DNA of 64,000 bases, taken from IMG/VR virus record IMGVR_UViG_3300020474_000004, positions 16,921 to 80,920 of that record, one strand, 5' to 3'. The stretch comes from a virus. Shown one piece after another: positions 58,896 through 64,000 of this stretch. The notes under the pieces are model-generated. The model saw nothing but the letters and a program-made list of their open reading frames with translations. It searched no databases and was not told the DNA's origin. Position 1 is the stretch's first letter, and the number at the start of each line of letters is the position of its first letter. Both the position numbers and the translations under genes were made by a program.

Positions 58896-58952
58896 GACAC
58901 TTTAGAAACTGTCACTGAGGGCCCTCACCGAAAGGTGGGGGTTTAGTATTAT
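58896..58952 (+). promoter_or_regulatory. Early-type promoter: 18-bp palindrome, GC hairpin and -10 box
   Basis: GACACTT-TAGA-AACTGTC (58896-58913), CCCTCACC-GAAA-GGTGGGGG (58922-58941), TATTAT (58947-58952); same layout at 61267-61322. Confidence 0.7.
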
Positions 58953-58973
58953 AGGTACAACCGAGAGAAACCT

Positions 58974-61118
58974 ATGGCGGTCAACCACGAAATCAAATCC
59001 CAGCTCGCCAAACTCCTTGCCACTGAGGATCTGATCGTAGAGCACAAGCAGGTTGATACTGCTTGCTTCAACGTCCACACCCGTGTGCTGACGCTTCCGA
59101 TGTGGGAGAAGGCAAGCAACCATGTCTATGATATGCTGGTTGGACACGAAGTGGGTCATGCTCTGTATACCCCCGATGAGAACTGGTTAGAGAAAGTTGC
59201 TATCCCCCCTCAGTTTGTAAACGTGGTAGAGGACGCACGTATTGAAAAATTGATGAAGCGTCGTTATGCTGGCCTCGCAAAAACATTCTTTAAAGGTTAC
59301 CAAGAACTCAATGACGAAGACTTTTTCTCTATATTTGACGAGTGCGTTGCTGATTTTAATCTTGCTGATCGTGCAAATCTATACTTTAAGGTCGGCAATT
59401 TTGTAGATATTTCTTTCACCGATGATGAGCAAGTCATTATCGATAAGATCAATAATATTGAGACCTTCGACGAAGCACTGAAGGTTGCTGAGGAACTGTA
59501 TCTCTTCTGTAAGAAGGAGAAAGAAGAGGAAGAGATGCCTAACCTCACACCACCACCTGAGGTCCAGGAGGGTAACGCTCAGGGTTCTTCCATTCCTACA
59601 CAGCAGCAAGGTATATCAGAGGACTCTGGTGAGGGATCTGGATCATCCTCTGAGTCGCAAATGCCCTCTCAGAGCACAAGTGAGGCACCTGTGTCTGGTG
59701 CTGATGATCATGTTGATATTGAACCCGAAGTTAAAACTGCGGATTCTCTACAAGATAAACTTCAAGACCTGGTTGAATCTTCTGGTTGCGAGAATCTGTA
59801 TGTAGAAATCCCTAAGGTTGATCTGAAGCACATCATCGCATCGAATGTAGATATCCATCAGGAGATTGATCGTTGGTTTGATATGCAGGCCGAGAATGCT
59901 GAAGAGGGTAATAGTATCTTTGGTCCTGACATCTTCAAGGTTGCGGATGAAGCATATGCAAAGTTCAAGAGATCTGCCCAGAAGGAAGTAGGATATCTGG
60001 TCAAGGAGTTTGAGTGTAAGAAAGCAGCAGACTCCTATGCTCGTTCAACTACTTCTCGCACAGGTGTCCTTGATACTTCAAAACTTCACACGTATAAGTA
60101 TAACGAAGACCTCTTTAAGAAGGTTTCTGTGATTCCCGATGGCAAGAATCATGGACTCATCTTTATCCTTGATTGGAGTGGTTCTATGAGTCGTGTTCTA
60201 TTGGATACTTGTAAGCAACTCTTTAATCTGCTGTGGTTCTGCAAGAAAGTTTCTATTCCCTTTGAAGTTTATGCTTTCTCAAATGAGTGGAAGCGTGTGA
60301 TGCATGGGCAAGAGTATCCTTGTTCCTATGAGAAGAAAGAGAACCTGCTTGTAGTAAATGAGGAGTTCTCTCTAATGAATCTTCTTACCAGTAAAGTTAA
60401 TGGTAAGACTCTTGAGCATCAGATGATTAACATCTGGCGTATTGCTAAAGCATATGGTGACAACTATCGCAGTCACTATTCCACACCTACTCGTCTGGGA
60501 CTGTCTGGAACTCCACTGAATGAGTCTCTGGTTTGCTTACATCAGATTCTTCCTAAGTTTCAAGCAGAGAATAAACTGCAGAAAGTTCAATGTATTGTTC
60601 TTAGTGATGGTGAAGCAAATCACCTCCCTTATCACAAGATCGTCAAGCGTCACTGGGATACCGAGCCATATATGGGAAAGAATCAACTCAAAGGTGGTAT
60701 TTCATTCTTGCGTGATCGTAAGACCGGTAATACATACAAAATTCCTTACGGTTGGAATCAATTCACAGACCTTATGTTGACTAATCTTCGGGATAACTTC
60801 CCATCAGTGAACTTCATTGGCATTCGTGTCCTTGAGGGTCGTGATGCTAATCCCTTCATTCGACTTTATTGTGAGTTTGGTATGGATGAGTATGATAAGA
60901 TTCAGAATGATTGGAGAAAACTTCGTAGCTTTACTATTAAGAATTCCGGTTATCATGCATACTTTGGATTGTCTTCCACATCTCTTTCTCAAGAATCTGA
61001 GTTTAATGTTGATGATGGTGCATCAAAAGCAAAGATCAAATCTGCTTTTGTCAAGTCTTTGAAGACTAAAAAACTAAATAAAAAAGTTCTGGGTGAATTT
61101 ATTTCTCTGGTGGTATGA
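58974..61118 (+). CDS. Metallopeptidase-like + vWA domain protein (CobT-like partner of AAA ATPase)
   Basis: HEVGH and NVVEDARIE in N-terminus; acidic linker; MIDAS motifs DWSGSM, SGTPLN, LSDGE. Confidence 0.85.
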   Translation: MAVNHEIKSQLAKLLATEDLIVEHKQVDTACFNVHTRVLTLPMWEKASNHVYDMLVGHEVGHALYTPDENWLEKVAIPPQFVNVVEDARIEKLMKRRYAGLAKTFFKGYQELNDEDFFSIFDECVADFNLADRANLYFKVGNFVDISFTDDEQVIIDKINNIETFDEALKVAEELYLFCKKEKEEEEMPNLTPPPEVQEGNAQGSSIPTQQQGISEDSGEGSGSSSESQMPSQSTSEAPVSGADDHVDIEPEVKTADSLQDKLQDLVESSGCENLYVEIPKVDLKHIIASNVDIHQEIDRWFDMQAENAEEGNSIFGPDIFKVADEAYAKFKRSAQKEVGYLVKEFECKKAADSYARSTTSRTGVLDTSKLHTYKYNEDLFKKVSVIPDGKNHGLIFILDWSGSMSRVLLDTCKQLFNLLWFCKKVSIPFEVYAFSNEWKRVMHGQEYPCSYEKKENLLVVNEEFSLMNLLTSKVNGKTLEHQMINIWRIAKAYGDNYRSHYSTPTRLGLSGTPLNESLVCLHQILPKFQAENKLQKVQCIVLSDGEANHLPYHKIVKRHWDTEPYMGKNQLKGGISFLRDRKTGNTYKIPYGWNQFTDLMLTNLRDNFPSVNFIGIRVLEGRDANPFIRLYCEFGMDEYDKIQNDWRKLRSFTIKNSGYHAYFGLSSTSLSQESEFNVDDGASKAKIKSAFVKSLKTKKLNKKVLGEFISLVV

Positions 61119-61279
61119 GACTAAAACACATTGTTTTAGAAGACACTAAAGAAGTTTTGGTGGTATGCACTAGTGCTATCACCGCCATGGGCATAGGTGC
61201 CATAGTAAATCAATACTATCCTGGATACACTGCAAAGATAATCTCAGAGAGTTACTACAATCGAAAGACAGTTCAGTAA
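61115..61279 (+). CDS. Small hypothetical ORF (54 aa, not in ORF track)
   Basis: ATGA overlap; MRLKHIVLEDTKEVLVVCTSAITAMGIGAIVNQYYPGYTAKIISESYYNRKTVQ fills the gap exactly. Confidence 0.65.
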   Translation: MRLKHIVLEDTKEVLVVCTSAITAMGIGAIVNQYYPGYTAKIISESYYNRKTVQ

Positions 61280-61322
61280 CTGTCCATTGGGGGGTTTCAG
61301 ACCCCCCTTTTCAGTCTATAAT
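61267..61322 (+). promoter_or_regulatory. Early-type promoter: 18-bp palindrome, GC hairpin/terminator and TATAAT
   Basis: GACAGTT-CAGT-AACTGTC (61267-61284), GGGGGGT-TTCAG-ACCCCCC-TTTT (61289-61311), TATAAT (61317-61322). Confidence 0.75.
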
Positions 61323-61344
61323 GACTACAGTTCAAACAAAGGCA

Positions 61345-62433
61345 ATGGCATTGTCCCCCGAGTACATCCGCACCTCACTCCAAGAATTGTATGGCACCGA
61401 GTTCACTGCTCCCGATGTCCGTGCTTGGTGTGCGATGAATGGTTGTAACTATCAGACGGTTACCAAGAAACTGGAAGACTGCAAAGTTGGTCGTGGTAAG
61501 TGGAATCTAGAAGTAACAAAGAAAACTGTAGAAAAACTGGAAGTGACGTATAATGCTCCTGCTGCTGCACAAAACCTTATCCCTCAGAAAGATGATTCCT
61601 TCGTCCAGTTTGGTAATTTTACTGATATTAAAAAGATTATTAAGTCCGGTCTATTCTATCCGTCGTTCATTACAGGACTTTCGGGTAACGGCAAAACTTT
61701 CTCTGTCGAACAGGCGTGTGCCCAAATGGGTCGTGAACTTATTCGAGTAAACATTACGATTGAGACTGATGAAGATGATCTCATTGGTGGATTCCGCTTG
61801 CTCAATGGTGAGACCGTTTGGCACAATGGTCCGGTCATCGAAGCCTTGGAGCGCGGTGCGATTCTATTGCTTGACGAGATTGACCTGGCTTCCAACAAAA
61901 TTCTTTGCCTTCAATCAATCCTTGAAGGAAAAGGTGTCTTCCTGAAGAAGATTGGTAAGTGGGTTGCACCTAAAAATGGTTTCAATGTAATTGCAACTGC
62001 TAACACCAAGGGTAAGGGTTCTGATGACGGTCGTTTTATCGGCACTAACGTTCTTAATGAAGCATTTCTTGAGCGTTTTCCTGTAACCTTTGAGCAGGAA
62101 TATCCCACTGCCGCAGTGGAGCAGCGCATTCTGAATAAAATCTGTGATGATACTGAGTTCTGTAAGCGTCTTTCTGATTGGGCAGACATCATTCGCAAGA
62201 CCTTTTATGATGGTGGTATTGAAGAAGTTATTTCTACCCGTCGTCTGGTTCATATTGTCAAAGCATTCAATATCTTTGGCGACAAAGCAAAAGCGATTGA
62301 AGTTTGTGTAAATCGTTTCGATGATGAAACCAAGCAGGCATTCCTGGAATTGTATGATAAGGTTGATGTAGATTTCAAGATGCCTGGTGAAGAAACCCAA
62401 CTTTATGTCGTTGACTCTACACTAAAATTTTGA
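61345..62433 (+). CDS. cobS: MoxR/CobS-like AAA+ ATPase
   Basis: Walker A GLSGNGKT, DEDDLIGG, Walker B LLLDEID, ATANTKG, LNEAFLERF, STRRL; ATG 61321 overlaps the -10 box so 61345 is preferred. Confidence 0.88.
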   Translation: MALSPEYIRTSLQELYGTEFTAPDVRAWCAMNGCNYQTVTKKLEDCKVGRGKWNLEVTKKTVEKLEVTYNAPAAAQNLIPQKDDSFVQFGNFTDIKKIIKSGLFYPSFITGLSGNGKTFSVEQACAQMGRELIRVNITIETDEDDLIGGFRLLNGETVWHNGPVIEALERGAILLLDEIDLASNKILCLQSILEGKGVFLKKIGKWVAPKNGFNVIATANTKGKGSDDGRFIGTNVLNEAFLERFPVTFEQEYPTAAVEQRILNKICDDTEFCKRLSDWADIIRKTFYDGGIEEVISTRRLVHIVKAFNIFGDKAKAIEVCVNRFDDETKQAFLELYDKVDVDFKMPGEETQLYVVDSTLKF

Positions 62434-62439
62434 TACAAT
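62411..62439 (+). promoter_or_regulatory. Host sigma70-type promoter
   Basis: TTGACT-N17-TACAAT with TG extension at the end of the AAA gene. Confidence 0.7.
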
Positions 62440-62928
62440 ATGATTAATGCGTGGTCCCTTTTATTTGATGAACTGAACATGTTTAAACAAGATTATAGTG
62501 AAGAGGATAATATTGATCTTTCCTCTTTCGTTGTTGGAGGTTCGGGGACAGATACTCTGTCCCTTGATAGTGAATCCTTGACATTTAACGTCAGCGTTCC
62601 TAAACTGCCTGATACTCCCAAGAACGAAAATGGTTTTTGGAAGTATCATGAGGATGTAATCCTCAAAGAGATTCGTGAGTATCTTGGTGGAACCTATCGT
62701 TCACACTATGCTTCTCCCGAATCACAAACTCAGACACTTGATCTGATTGAAGGTATTGGTGATGCAGAACCTTTCTGTCGATCTAATGCTATCAAGTACC
62801 TTTCGCGATTTGGTAAGAAAGGTGGAAAGTCTAAACAAGACATTCTGAAGGCAATTCATTATTGCATCCTTCTCTATCATTTCGCTGGCCTCTGTAATGA
62901 AACTTCGACCCCTTATGAAACTTTCTGA
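62440..62928 (+). CDS. DUF3310/SaV-like protein (start may be ATG 62479)
   Basis: TYRSHY...QTLDLI...FCRSNAIKYLSRFGKKGG...DILKAIHY. Confidence 0.75.
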   Translation: MINAWSLLFDELNMFKQDYSEEDNIDLSSFVVGGSGTDTLSLDSESLTFNVSVPKLPDTPKNENGFWKYHEDVILKEIREYLGGTYRSHYASPESQTQTLDLIEGIGDAEPFCRSNAIKYLSRFGKKGGKSKQDILKAIHYCILLYHFAGLCNETSTPYETF

Positions 62929-63580
62929 TAAAACTATTTCTGTCCTGAAGAACTTCTCTTCTATTAATCAGTCTATTCTTTTTAAGGAAGGTAGCAAACT
63001 TCGCACTATCAGTGTGATGAAAAACATTCTTGCAGAAGCAACAGTTACTGAAGAGTTCTCTCGTGACTTTGGAATCTATGATCTCAATCAGTTTCTAAAT
63101 GGATTGAGTCTGCACTCTAGTCCAGAACTTGATTTTGCGAATGATGGATACGTTGTTATTCGTGAAGGTCGTTCTCGATCCAAGTATTTCTTTGCTGATC
63201 CTAATGTCATTGTGACTCCTCCAGAGAAAGTAATTTCTCTCCCCACAGAGGATGTCTGCTTTGAACTTTCTACATTAGTTCTGGATAAACTCCTGAAAGC
63301 AGCAGCAGTATATCAACTGCCTGATATTTGTGCTGTTGGTGAGAATGGTGTTGTGAAACTCGTTGTTCGAGACCGTAAGAATGATACCTCTAATGCTCAC
63401 GAAGAAGTTGTAGGTGAAACTGACAAAGTGTTTTCCTTTAACTTTAAGGTTGAGAATATCAAGGTTCTTCCTGGAACTTATGATGTAGTTGTTTCACAAA
63501 AACTTCTATCACGATTCACCAGTAAAAATCATGATTTAACTTATTACATTGCGTTGGAACCTGATTCTACATTTGGATGA
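62915..63580 (+). CDS. gp45: DNA polymerase sliding clamp
   Basis: MKLSDKTISVLKNFSSINQSI, FGIYDLNQFL, FNFKVENIK..PG.Y.V, YYIALEPDS; alternative start 62897. Confidence 0.96.
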   Translation: MKLSDKTISVLKNFSSINQSILFKEGSKLRTISVMKNILAEATVTEEFSRDFGIYDLNQFLNGLSLHSSPELDFANDGYVVIREGRSRSKYFFADPNVIVTPPEKVISLPTEDVCFELSTLVLDKLLKAAAVYQLPDICAVGENGVVKLVVRDRKNDTSNAHEEVVGETDKVFSFNFKVENIKVLPGTYDVVVSQKLLSRFTSKNHDLTYYIALEPDSTFG

Positions 63581-63585
63581 GATGA

Positions 63586-63828
63586 GTGAAAACACTTTAT
63601 ATCCATGATCTTGGAAATGGTTGCTGTATAACACATGATGGTTATATTCAACTAGGATATATGTGCCATAGTTTGGAAAAGCATAAGGAGTTAAACCCAA
63701 CAATAAACTGGGTTGTGACTTACTGGTTGCCTGACGTATTCAAGGACAGATATCCAAGAGCCACAATGCAGTCGCATCAACGGATATCTGACGGTAAACT
63801 AGGTTGTGAGAAACTAAAAGACAAATGA
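63586..63828 (+). CDS. Hypothetical protein
   Basis: 80 aa GTG-start ORF filling the gap; stop overlaps next ATG (ATGA). Confidence 0.6.
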   Translation: MKTLYIHDLGNGCCITHDGYIQLGYMCHSLEKHKELNPTINWVVTYWLPDVFKDRYPRATMQSHQRISDGKLGCEKLKDK

Positions 63829-64000
63829 ACATCTTTGTGACAGACCCCAATCCGGTGATTTGTGCTCAGGTTCTTCCTGACAAACACATCGTCAAGATGC
63901 CCTTAGAGTGCTGTCAGATGCTCTCTATCGTTGCCTCTGAGAAATGGGGGCATGGGTTCGGCAACCTCCCTAAGGCGGATGGAACGCCATACAAAACCAC
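63825..64000 (+). CDS. denV: Pyrimidine dimer DNA glycosylase family protein, 3'-truncated
   Basis: MNIFVTDPNPVICAQVLPDKHIVKMPLECCQMLS, the N-terminal signature of the family. Confidence 0.8.
   Translation, partial: MNIFVTDPNPVICAQVLPDKHIVKMPLECCQMLSIVASEKWGHGFGNLPKADGTPYKT

Noticed and set aside
61345-62433. Cobalamin biosynthesis auxiliary gene
   Set aside because: cobS is a family label only; no cobN or other cob genes in the window

Overview
64 kb segment of a T4-like marine cyanomyovirus genome (Kyanoviridae-like; host most likely Prochlorococcus or Synechococcus). Every credible gene is on the + strand. Order: 5'-truncated giant baseplate wedge protein (gp7-like), gp8, VrlC-like virion protein, gp13-gp16, a ~16 kb accessory fibre block (three small adaptor-like ORFs, three large fibre proteins, one coiled-coil ORF), a multi-module basic protein, gp17-gp23, gp3, uvsY, uvsW, gp55, gp47/gp46, an early block (small ORFs, vWA-metallopeptidase, CobS/MoxR-like AAA ATPase), gp45 and a truncated DenV-like glycosylase. 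T4-type late promoters ((A/C)TAAATA) precede most structural genes, and host-type sigma70 promoters occur in the last 10 kb. Most notable observations: (1) a C-terminal D[GA]GxF motif paired with an N-terminal IxFKR motif across the fibre block, suggesting plug-and-socket fibre assembly; (2) a short G-[IVL]-x-[ST] motif pervading unrelated virion proteins; (3) a probable gp21-cleaved polyprotein of small basic Cys-containing modules; (4) hairpins straddling late promoters that could hide ribosome-binding sites; (5) an NtcA-type promoter ahead of a small Cys-rich ORF; (6) an NblA-like ORF. No tRNA, rRNA, CRISPR array, intron, intein or transposase was recognised. All calls come from reading the sequence by eye, with no database searches.
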